From Deltaproteobacteria bacterium (GTDB taxonomy: Bacteria; Bdellovibrionota; Bdellovibrionia; Bdellovibrionales; Bdellovibrionaceae), in assembly GCA_013286585.1 (NCBI GenBank), contig JABDFK010000001.1, positions 30,977 through 94,976 of the forward strand: a stretch of DNA of 64,000 nucleotides, read 5' to 3'. Both the position numbers and the translations under genes were made by a program. Positions within the stretch are counted from its first letter, which is position 1; each line of letters starts with the position of its first letter. A model generated the notes under the pieces. It did not search any database, was not told the origin of the DNA, and saw only the letters and a list, made by a program, of their open reading frames with translations. Shown in pieces: positions 52,502-60,887 of the stretch.

Positions 52502-53578
52502 ATGAGAAGCTCTATCAAGTTCGCATCTGTTCACAAAATCGGTCTGGCCTTATTGGCATTGACCATCAGCTTATCTGCATACAGTGGCACTCGAGATGGT
52601 GGCGGAGGCGTGGCTGTTCGTTGCGCCGACCAACATGGTTCATCGCTTCAACTGCTGGACCTGTATGAAGGCAAAGCCAGGGGACTAACATTTGGAATGT
52701 CGCCAGCGACAGATTTGGAAATTGCCGATCTAACCGCTGATGTTTTGGCAACACATTACTGGAACCCATGGACCGTGCCCTTGCCTCAATATAAAGACTC
52801 CCTAAAATCAAGTTTCATTTTAGGCATCATCACAGGAAAAGGTTTTCACAACTATCAGACCAATAAATTTGTTTCTATCAGCTACGTTGATTCAGTGCCT
52901 TTATCCAATGACTACGGCAATTACTACATCCGGCCCAACTGCCATCTCGAGCAGGTGGCCTATTTTGACGATGTTCAAAGCACGATCATGATCGACAAAA
53001 AATTGTGGAATGAACTCGATGGCCTCGATAAAGCAGCACTTGTCATCCATGAAATTGGCTATTTTGAGTTCCGCTATATCGGTCTCGAATATGCCGGCAC
53101 AGGGGTTCAAGGAGTCATTTCTTCTGAGCGAAGTCGCCAATTCACCAGCTCTCTGTTGTCAACCCAAGGCCTAATGCCAAAGATATTTGGAGTGGATCCA
53201 CATTACTTTATGAGCTGCTATGGTGATAACCCTGATGGTCAGAAAGACACCGCTTTCTTTGCCTATGACTCTGACCAAGGCGAAGTGACCTTAGTGGTGT
53301 CTGATAACAATGGATTTTTCTCTCCGTATTCTGAGCGAGTAAAAATCCCGGGTATCTCAACAAATGATCTCCTTAGTCAGGCACCATCAAGTTTTCATCA
53401 AAAACAAAGGGTCTCTTTGGTGGGCGAAATTGATGCTCCGACGTTCAATCTTGAAATCACAAAGGTTTCGAACTCAGGCCCAACGGTTCTAATCACACGC
53501 ATGTTCGGGAACTATGAACTTCCCATCGGTGAAGCACAAACAATGAACTGCAACTTTAATCATCCAGCGAATCCGTAA
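52502..53578 (+). CDS. Secreted hypothetical protein (358 aa)
   Basis: Signal peptide 'IGLALLALTISLSAYSG' followed by 'TRDGGGG'. No family recognised. Followed by a clear intrinsic terminator. Confidence 0.6.
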   Translation: MRSSIKFASVHKIGLALLALTISLSAYSGTRDGGGGVAVRCADQHGSSLQLLDLYEGKARGLTFGMSPATDLEIADLTADVLATHYWNPWTVPLPQYKDSLKSSFILGIITGKGFHNYQTNKFVSISYVDSVPLSNDYGNYYIRPNCHLEQVAYFDDVQSTIMIDKKLWNELDGLDKAALVIHEIGYFEFRYIGLEYAGTGVQGVISSERSRQFTSSLLSTQGLMPKIFGVDPHYFMSCYGDNPDGQKDTAFFAYDSDQGEVTLVVSDNNGFFSPYSERVKIPGISTNDLLSQAPSSFHQKQRVSLVGEIDAPTFNLEITKVSNSGPTVLITRMFGNYELPIGEAQTMNCNFNHPANP

Positions 53579-53594
53579 AATTTCCGATTTAACC

Positions 53595-53627
53595 AGTGAG
53601 CGGCCATCTTTTGCCGCTCACTTTTTT
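53595..53627 (+). terminator. Intrinsic terminator of the 52502..53578 gene
   Basis: 'AGTGAGCGG-CCATCTTTTG-CCGCTCACT' (9-bp stem) followed by T5-6. Its tail overlaps the kdsD stop codon. Confidence 0.8.
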
Positions 53628-54625
53628 CAACGAACCTTGGCGCGAATCAAATCTTGTACGTGGATATAGCCGACTGGTTTTTTCGCCGACTCCGCCGACT
53701 TGTCAGTTACGAATAGCATATTGATACGAAACTGCTCCATCAGGAACAGCGCTTTTTCCGCGATTTCATTGGCGTCGATGGTGCGTGGATTTTTGGTCAT
53801 CAGATCGCCCGCCACTCCGTGCAGTGGATCTTCGGCGTTGTCCAGTTTCCGGCGAATGTCTCCGTCCGTGATGATGCCCACTAGATCTCCGCGATCATCG
53901 GTGACTCCGGCGGCTCCGCGCACTTCGCCTCGGGACATCACTGATAAAACTTCTTTGACGGGAGTGGACACCTTCAGCAGCGGCATCGCGCTTCCGGTGT
54001 GCATCAGATCTTTGATCCGTGCCAACTTGAAACCCAAACCTCCGCCTGGATGAAATTGAGCAAAATCATCGGCGTTAATGCCTTTCGCTTCGAGTGCTGC
54101 CATTGCTAGCGCATCACCCATTGCCAAAGTCGCAGTGCTAGATGCCGTGGGTGCTAATCCCAGTGGGCAAGCTTCGCGGCTGACTTTCACATCTAAGGCT
54201 GCGGCTGCCCTCTGTGCCAAATCACTGCTGATATTTCCCGTGATCGCGATCAATGGAATTCCCTTGCGAGTGATGTAACTCAAGATCGCCGCCAGTTCAG
54301 GTGTCTCACCGCCATAACTAATGGCGATGACCAAATCTGCCGCGGTCACCATTCCCATGTCACCATGAGAGCCTTCCGCCGGATGTAAAAACACCGACGG
54401 AGTTCCCGTCGAAGATAATGTTGCAGAAATTTTTCGCGCGATCAGGCCTGATTTTCCGATGCCTGTGAGCACGACTTTTCCCTGGCACTCGGTGATCAAT
54501 TTCACGGCGCGCTGGAAAGGCTCGCCCAGACGATCTTTCAGAGCTAAAATGGCTTGTGCTTCAACATCAAAAACTTTTCGAGCTAAATCTAGGGAATTTG
54601 GCGCAGCTTTGCTCATCACTATCAA
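53627..54625 (-). CDS. kdsD: Arabinose-5-phosphate isomerase (KpsF/GutQ/KdsD family: SIS plus 2 CBS domains)
   Basis: '[41 protein letters not shown]', 'ISYGGET', and C-terminal CBS pair. Confidence 0.9.
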   Translation of the reverse strand: MIVMSKAAPNSLDLARKVFDVEAQAILALKDRLGEPFQRAVKLITECQGKVVLTGIGKSGLIARKISATLSSTGTPSVFLHPAEGSHGDMGMVTAADLVIAISYGGETPELAAILSYITRKGIPLIAITGNISSDLAQRAAAALDVKVSREACPLGLAPTASSTATLAMGDALAMAALEAKGINADDFAQFHPGGGLGFKLARIKDLMHTGSAMPLLKVSTPVKEVLSVMSRGEVRGAAGVTDDRGDLVGIITDGDIRRKLDNAEDPLHGVAGDLMTKNPRTIDANEIAEKALFLMEQFRINMLFVTDKSAESAKKPVGYIHVQDLIRAKVR

Positions 54626-56358
54626 CTTTCTAAGTAGGCTTGTGCGGCCTTATGTGCAGCTCGCACGCTGGAGCGGCCTTCGCTGGCCTCTTTGCGTTTC
54701 AAACTGGCTTTGACAAAATGGACGAACAACGGATGCGGAGCCAACGGTTTGGATTGAAACTCCGGATGAAACTGCACACCGATGAACCATGGATGATCCA
54801 CCAGCTCGACAATTTCGACCAAATCACGGTCCTTGTTCACGCCGACGCAATTCATGCCGCGTTTTTCGAACAGCGCCCGAAATTTGTTGTTGAACTCGAA
54901 GCGATGACGATGGCGTTCGCTAATGACACCCGACTTATACACCTGAAACGCTTTGCTGCGGGAATCAATCGCACAGGAGTAGGCACCCAGGCGCATAGTG
55001 CCGCCTTTGTTTTGAATGCCCCGCTGTTCATTCATAATATCAATCACGAAATTTCCCGTACGCTGCTTTTCATCGTGCCATTCACGCGAGGTCGCATCAC
55101 GAATGCCGCAAACATTGCGGGCAAATTCAATGGCCGCCAACTGCATGCCGTAACAAATTCCAAAAAATGGGATCTGGCGTTCACGGGCAAAGCGGATGGC
55201 CAACATTTTGCCTTCCACTCCCCGCTCGCCAAAGCCGCCTGGAACCAGGATACCGTGAACCTGCGACAACGCCTGGTTGATGTTTTTCTCATTTATCTTT
55301 TCAGAGTCCACATAGACAATTTCCACGTGCGACTGATTGGAAATTCCGCCGTGCACGATAGCTTCGTTCAAAGATTTGTAGGACTCTTTCAAATCGACGT
55401 ACTTGCCAACGATGGCGATACGAACTTCCTTTTGAGGTTTTTTTAATACTCGAACAATATTTTCCCAGCCACGCAGCTGTGGTCGCTCTGTTTTTAAGCC
55501 CAGTCGTTCGGCCACTAACTCATCCAAATGTTCACGATGAAGATTCAGTGGAACTTCATAAATGGTGGAAGCATCTTGGGCCGAAATCACTTGCTCGGGT
55601 TTTACTGAACAAAAAAGCGCCGTCTTTTTCTTGAAGGCGTTGTCGATGGGTCTTTCTGTGCGGCAGACCAAGAAGTCTGGCTGCAAACCGATTTCACGAA
55701 GCTCTTTCACTGAGTGCTGAGTGGGTTTTGATTTCAACTCGCCCGCGACGGCAATGTAGGGCACGTAGGTCACATGAATCAAAACTGAATTCTCAAGACC
55801 GACGTCGACCCGCATCTGGCGAATGGCCTCTAGAAATGGAAGACTCTCGATGTCGCCGACAGTTCCGCCAATTTCGATGATCGCCACTTCCGCTCCCTGC
55901 GAAGCCTCGTGAATGCGTGCCTTAATTTCATCGGTGATGTGCGGAATGACTTGAACTGTTCCGCCCAAATAATCACCGCGACGTTCGCGGGAAATGACCG
56001 CATCGTAGATTTGTCCAGTAGAAACGCTATTGCTACGAGCCAGCTTCAATGAGGTGAACCGCTCGTAGTGTCCCAAGTCCAAATCCGTTTCAGCACCGTC
56101 CTCGGTGACATAAACTTCCCCGTGCTGAAACGGAGACATAGTTCCCGGATCGACATTGATATAGGGATCGCACTTCATCAGCGTCACGCGAATTCCGCGG
56201 GCTTCCAACAGGGCGCCTAGGCTTGCGGCGGTAAGACCCTTGCCGATGGAACTGACCACGCCGCCAGTGACGAAAATAAATCTCTGGTTGAATCCTTTTT
56301 TAGTGGATTTTTTCGTGGAAATTTTTAGACGCTTCGCTTTCGATTTCATTTTAGCCAT
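54622..56358 (-). CDS. pyrG: CTP synthase, with a ~25-aa Lys-rich N-terminal extension
   Basis: '[16 protein letters not shown]', 'GGTVGDIES', GATase '[12 protein letters not shown]', 'GVQFHPEF'. N-terminal '[22 protein letters not shown]' precedes the conserved start. Confidence 0.95.
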   Translation of the reverse strand: MAKMKSKAKRLKISTKKSTKKGFNQRFIFVTGGVVSSIGKGLTAASLGALLEARGIRVTLMKCDPYINVDPGTMSPFQHGEVYVTEDGAETDLDLGHYERFTSLKLARSNSVSTGQIYDAVISRERRGDYLGGTVQVIPHITDEIKARIHEASQGAEVAIIEIGGTVGDIESLPFLEAIRQMRVDVGLENSVLIHVTYVPYIAVAGELKSKPTQHSVKELREIGLQPDFLVCRTERPIDNAFKKKTALFCSVKPEQVISAQDASTIYEVPLNLHREHLDELVAERLGLKTERPQLRGWENIVRVLKKPQKEVRIAIVGKYVDLKESYKSLNEAIVHGGISNQSHVEIVYVDSEKINEKNINQALSQVHGILVPGGFGERGVEGKMLAIRFARERQIPFFGICYGMQLAAIEFARNVCGIRDATSREWHDEKQRTGNFVIDIMNEQRGIQNKGGTMRLGAYSCAIDSRSKAFQVYKSGVISERHRHRFEFNNKFRALFEKRGMNCVGVNKDRDLVEIVELVDHPWFIGVQFHPEFQSKPLAPHPLFVHFVKASLKRKEASEGRSSVRAAHKAAQAYLES

Positions 56359-57112
56359 TTTCGCCTCTGTTCTTTTCGCTACTTTTTTGCGCCAATAAAT
56401 TTTCTATTACAGCAATGTCTTCGGGAGTGTCCACTCCCCAACTGCGCTGCTCGGTGGTCACCACTTTGATTCGAGCTCCCATGTGGAGTGCGCGCAATTG
56501 TTCTAGGGATTCTGCCATTTCAATTTCTACGGGTGCGACTTGACAATAGCGTTTCAAAAAATCTCCGCGAAATGCGTACATCCCGATGTGCTTCAAAGCA
56601 CCGGTGGGATGATCTCCGCCGGATTTTCTAGAGTAAGGAATCGCATAACGACTAAAATAAAGTGCTTCCGAACGATGATTGACGACCACTTTCACCGAAT
56701 GCTCGGACATCAACTCGGTGGTCGAAATCGGATGAGCCAGTGTTGCCATCTCTAGCATCTGGTCCTTCAGCATAGGTTGAATCAATGAATCGATCAGGCC
56801 ACCGGTCACCAAAGGCTCGTCGCCTTGAATATTAAGCACGATTTCCACAGACTTGTCCTTGATGGCGGCCCACACCCGATCAGTTCCAGAGGGAATATCG
56901 GATGCAGTCATGGCGACTTCAGCACCTTCGCGCTGAGCAACGGCGGCGATTCGCTGATCGTCCGTCGCCACGATCACCTTGTCTAAAAGTCGGGAGGTCT
57001 TCGCCCCGCGAATCACCCAGGCGATCAGTTCTAGGCCTTGAATTTTCACCAGCGGCTTTCCAGGAAAGCGAGTCGATCCGAATCTGGCTGGTAGAACTCC
57101 CCACACCGACAT
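56351..57112 (-). CDS. kdsB: 3-deoxy-manno-octulosonate cytidylyltransferase (CMP-KDO synthetase)
   Basis: '[17 protein letters not shown]', 'IVATDD', 'NIQGDEPL', '[13 protein letters not shown]'. Preferred start at 57112 overlaps the engB stop (TAATG). ORF extends to 57142. Confidence 0.9.
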   Translation of the reverse strand: MSVWGVLPARFGSTRFPGKPLVKIQGLELIAWVIRGAKTSRLLDKVIVATDDQRIAAVAQREGAEVAMTASDIPSGTDRVWAAIKDKSVEIVLNIQGDEPLVTGGLIDSLIQPMLKDQMLEMATLAHPISTTELMSEHSVKVVVNHRSEALYFSRYAIPYSRKSGGDHPTGALKHIGMYAFRGDFLKRYCQVAPVEIEMAESLEQLRALHMGARIKVVTTEQRSWGVDTPEDIAVIENLLAQKSSEKNRGENG

Positions 57113-57702
57113 TATTTCTGTCCTTTGGGTGCCTTCACCCATTGCCGAAAAAAATATTCTTCCACTTCTTCAATTCCAGTTTCATTTTGCGCAGAGATCG
57201 ACCAGACATTTTGCACCCGCGCTTGCTTTTTAATGGCCTCACAACGTCGCTTAATCTCACCAGGCTTTAGCCGATCATCTTTGCTGAGCAGAATCATGGT
57301 TGGTCGACCCGAAGAATTCATGTAGCTCAACAAAGCCTCTTCATCTTCCGTCCAATCGCGCTTGATATCCATCAGAAGCAGTAAACCCACCAGATTTTCG
57401 CGGGTGGAAAGATAATTTTCCAGCATTTCTTGCCACTGCATCACTTCCGAACCCGAGCGCGAGGCAAATCCATACCCAGGCGTGTCCACCAGGCGATAAA
57501 AATCCCCTACATCGAAAAAATTCAGCAGCCGGGTCTTGCCAGGCTCTTGACTGACCTTAGCTATTTTGGACGTGGTCAACACATTGATGAACGAAGACTT
57601 CCCAGAATTAGAGCGGCCAGCGATGGCTACTTCGGGTCGTTTTTGATCGGGATAGTCGGCTGCCAGCACAGCACTTTTTAGAAATTTCACAGGGATTGGC
57701 AT
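57112..57702 (-). CDS. engB: Ribosome-biogenesis GTPase YihA/EngB
   Basis: '[19 protein letters not shown]', '[10 protein letters not shown]', 'ILLSKDD'. Preferred start MPIPVKF (57702); ORF extends to 57765. Confidence 0.85.
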   Translation of the reverse strand: MPIPVKFLKSAVLAADYPDQKRPEVAIAGRSNSGKSSFINVLTTSKIAKVSQEPGKTRLLNFFDVGDFYRLVDTPGYGFASRSGSEVMQWQEMLENYLSTRENLVGLLLLMDIKRDWTEDEEALLSYMNSSGRPTMILLSKDDRLKPGEIKRRCEAIKKQARVQNVWSISAQNETGIEEVEEYFFRQWVKAPKGQK

Positions 57703-57877
57703 GGAAGAGCATGCTACTGAATTCCAAGGGTTTGGACAAGCTTCCACTGATTCGGAAGGAATCATTTTCAGTGGCCGCCTTCAGATCGAAATTAGACGGC
57801 TTTCAGGCCAACCGGCGCCCTTGGCGAGGTCGGCACATATCTTGTTAACACCTGTGGACACAGATCGGGAGGGATCA

Positions 57878-59131
57878 ATGAATCACACACACAAAGCGTT
57901 CCTATTTTCACACCGTCATCCGAAATTGCCCATTGGCATTCCAGAGTTCATGCTTTTAGGCAAGGACCCCGCATGCTCTATCATTGTCGACTCGGAACAG
58001 GTTGCCGACCGTCATTGCAAAATCGAACGACGAAATCAGGGTTACAGCATCATCGACCTGCGAACTCCTGCCGGTACTTTTGTGAATTCCACCAAAATTG
58101 CGGAAGCTTTCCTGCAGGAAGGCGATGAAATCTGTGTCGGCGGAAATTACTTCACCTTCACGTTCAACGGTTACGGCCAAGACCAGCAAATCGGACTAAA
58201 AAGCAAAAATATGGTGTGGAGCCAACAACTATCGACACTCAAAAATATTGCTCAAACCCAGTTCCCAGTATTGATCCTAGGACCTTCTGGAACCGGTAAA
58301 GAGGTGCTCTCAGAAGCCATCCATAACAATTCACCCAGAGCCCACGGCCCTTTGATCAAAGTGAATTGTAGCGCCCTCACTGAAACGCTGGTGGAAAGCG
58401 AGCTCTTCGGACACATCAAAGGCAGTTTCACTGGTGCTATCGCCGATCGTAAAGGGGCCTTCGAAGCCGCCCGCGGAGGAACACTTTTCTTGGACGAGAT
58501 CGGCGATCTGCCACTGGGTCTTCAGGCTAAACTTTTGCGTGCCATTGAAAACGAAGAGATCCGTCCTGTTGGATCGGATCGCAGTGTTAAAACCGATTTG
58601 CGAATTTTAGCCGCCACTCACCAAAACTTGCGCTCGAAAATTCAAGCCGGTGAATTTCGCACGGACCTTTATTTTCGCCTAGGGGTCATCACTATAACGC
58701 CTCCGGCGTTGACTGCCAGAATGGAGGACTTCGAAGATTTGCTCTATGGTTTTGCCAAAAAAATGCGGGTGCGCTTCAGTTTTGGTGCTATCCAAAAAAT
58801 GAAGAAACACAGTTGGCCAGGCAACATCCGGGAATTGCGCAATTCCGTGGCACGGGCCTCTGCCTATTTCCCGAAAACTTCTATTGAAGAAGCTCATGTG
58901 GATAGCATCATCGATGGCAGCTCTTATGATCCGGCCTTGATCGCAGGAATTTCATCGGGCCAATTGCCGGTGATCAAGGAAATTGAAAAACAGATGATCT
59001 TAAAGCGTCTGGCCGCCAACAATGGCAATCAACGACAGACGGCCAACGATCTGGGAATTCCAAAGTCCACGCTGCACGACCGACTGCGAGCGTACAATAT
59101 CGACGCCCGACAATTCAATGAAAACGCCTAG
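57878..59131 (+). CDS. Sigma-54-dependent transcriptional activator with an N-terminal FHA domain
   Basis: Preferred start MNHTHK (57878), with GGGAGGG upstream. FHA ('[47 protein letters not shown]'). AAA+ '[12 protein letters not shown]', '[15 protein letters not shown]', 'LFLDEIGDL'. C-terminal Fis-type HTH '[19 protein letters not shown]'. Confidence 0.85.
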   Translation: MNHTHKAFLFSHRHPKLPIGIPEFMLLGKDPACSIIVDSEQVADRHCKIERRNQGYSIIDLRTPAGTFVNSTKIAEAFLQEGDEICVGGNYFTFTFNGYGQDQQIGLKSKNMVWSQQLSTLKNIAQTQFPVLILGPSGTGKEVLSEAIHNNSPRAHGPLIKVNCSALTETLVESELFGHIKGSFTGAIADRKGAFEAARGGTLFLDEIGDLPLGLQAKLLRAIENEEIRPVGSDRSVKTDLRILAATHQNLRSKIQAGEFRTDLYFRLGVITITPPALTARMEDFEDLLYGFAKKMRVRFSFGAIQKMKKHSWPGNIRELRNSVARASAYFPKTSIEEAHVDSIIDGSSYDPALIAGISSGQLPVIKEIEKQMILKRLAANNGNQRQTANDLGIPKSTLHDRLRAYNIDARQFNENA

Positions 59132-60141
59132 GGTTTGAGAATGATGGTGCTGATGTGCACGGCCTTCACGGTGCCTTTCGTGAGGGCCCGACTGATTTCT
59201 TTTTGCAAGCGATCGGTCATGTTAGCCTTGCCGTGATCAGTTTCCAGTTGTTCGTAAGTCATTTCGCTGATCACCTGTCGCATCAGATCTAAAATCAAAG
59301 ACTCTTTGTCTTTGATTTCAATGACCACGTCCGAACTCATTCCCTCGATATAAAATTCAAAGGCACCCATGGGATTTCCCGGCGCCTCCGGAGAGACCTT
59401 CAAGTTCACAAAGATTCTTTTCGTCAACAGCAGATTCAGGGCCGCCCGTGCGTTTTTCAAATAAGCTTCCTGTTCATTTTTATTCGCAGGATTATAGTCG
59501 TAGGCCTTAGTGGCGTGATCAGCCATACTGGCAATGAACAGTTCCTGCTGAGGAAAAATCAAGGGAAGAAGTTTACCACTAAGTCCCAGAATCCCTACCA
59601 CCACCGCAGTCACCATCAAGAGCAGCGAAGCAAAGAAAACAAGCCTAGCTTTCAAGCTCATTTTTTTGAATGTCTGGAGCGAGGTTTTGACGAGCGCTAA
59701 GAACTGGGTCATGCCCGTCTTGGCCTTAGAGAACGTCGCCGAACGGCCATCATTCAACAGATAGTGGACAAATTTCTTGGCGCGAGTCCACTGCTCAGTC
59801 CAGCGGTCCATACCTCTATACAGCCATCGGCGAATTTTCAGTGTGACCTTGGGCATGAACGGGGCGACTTTGTACAAAATTTTCAGTGGGCCCTTGAAGT
59901 TTTGCCACATGTCGACTTCGGCGTGATAAGCCGCAAGATCGTCATCGACGACGATTTGCTCAAGGGTTAAAGATTTGTCCGCCGCAATTCCAGAAACTTC
60001 TTTGAAAAACTCTGGGGATTCTTCCGCAAGATAAGCATCGACGTCCTCTACGGACATTTCCGGAACGTGTTCTTCCGGCTCCTTATCCTTTTCCTTAATT
60101 CTGGGCGGCGCTTTCGGATCAGACAATGATGGAACCTCCAA
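59128..60141 (-). CDS. Membrane protein with a FliL-like C-terminal domain and a long N-terminal extension
   Basis: TM '[21 protein letters not shown]'. C-terminal '[56 protein letters not shown]' resembles FliL. Stop overlaps the activator's stop (CTAG). Confidence 0.5.
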   Translation of the reverse strand: MEVPSLSDPKAPPRIKEKDKEPEEHVPEMSVEDVDAYLAEESPEFFKEVSGIAADKSLTLEQIVVDDDLAAYHAEVDMWQNFKGPLKILYKVAPFMPKVTLKIRRWLYRGMDRWTEQWTRAKKFVHYLLNDGRSATFSKAKTGMTQFLALVKTSLQTFKKMSLKARLVFFASLLLMVTAVVVGILGLSGKLLPLIFPQQELFIASMADHATKAYDYNPANKNEQEAYLKNARAALNLLLTKRIFVNLKVSPEAPGNPMGAFEFYIEGMSSDVVIEIKDKESLILDLMRQVISEMTYEQLETDHGKANMTDRLQKEISRALTKGTVKAVHISTIILKP

Positions 60142-60254
60142 CCCGGTCGATGGTCGTGTTGATAAACTCTTCTCTCATCTAGTTTATGAACTTGATCCCC
60201 TCCCAGCAAGCACTTTTATTGTGACCCAGGAAAGCCTGGTTTAAAATATCTAGT

Positions 60255-60857
60255 ATGAGAACGAACCTCCTTCTGTTTTTATCGGGCGCGATGCTGTTGC
60301 AAATTTCTTGCGTCAATATGGAGCGCAGTCATGAAAGTGGCTATGCGCAGGCCTCGACCAAATCCACTGAATCTGGCTGGAAAAAAGTGGCCAAGAGTGA
60401 AGACTATCATCGCAAGGAAGAGGCTCCACCAGCAGACGCAAAAATTCGTCTGAAGCAACTGGAGAACAAAGTGGATGGCCGGCGCGAGCTTGAGCAGTAT
60501 TCCAAAGCCCTGCCCTGGTTCAAAGATGACGCCGAAAAAATTCAGTTCTTAGAGTTGGATGGATACGAGCCCCGACAGCAATGGTTGAGCAGTCAAGATT
60601 TCGTAGCTAGGGCTAAAAAGGTCGCAACACAAATGCAAGACATCGTCGAAGCCCAAGACATCGCGCTGGGAATGCCAGAAAATCTAGTCAAAAAATCCTG
60701 GGGGGAACCCGCCGAAGTGGAGGTTTCTGGATCGCCAGCCTTTCACAATCAGCGCTGGCGTTATCACAAATTTGTTTCATCTTCTGATGGCTACAAGTCC
60801 GAAAGAAAAACCGTCTATTTTGAGAGCGGCAAAGTGGTCGGCTGGGAAACGGAGTAG
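60255..60857 (+). CDS. Possible lipoprotein with a BamE (SmpA/OmlA)-like C-terminal domain
   Basis: Signal 'LLLFLSGAMLLQISC'. C-terminal 'IALGMPENLVKKSWGEPAEVEV...QRWRYH...KTVYFESGKVVGWE' fits the BamE-like pattern. Confidence 0.5.
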   Translation: MRTNLLLFLSGAMLLQISCVNMERSHESGYAQASTKSTESGWKKVAKSEDYHRKEEAPPADAKIRLKQLENKVDGRRELEQYSKALPWFKDDAEKIQFLELDGYEPRQQWLSSQDFVARAKKVATQMQDIVEAQDIALGMPENLVKKSWGEPAEVEVSGSPAFHNQRWRYHKFVSSSDGYKSERKTVYFESGKVVGWETE

Positions 60858-60887
60858 GCCCGCAGGGCCTGTGACCCGACCCCGTCC

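Noticed and set aside
53030-53060. 'ALVIHEIGYFEF' in the 358-aa secreted protein, considered as a zinc-metalloprotease motif.
   Set aside because: The sequence is HEIGY, not HExxH, and I see no downstream third ligand motif. That is insufficient to call a protease.
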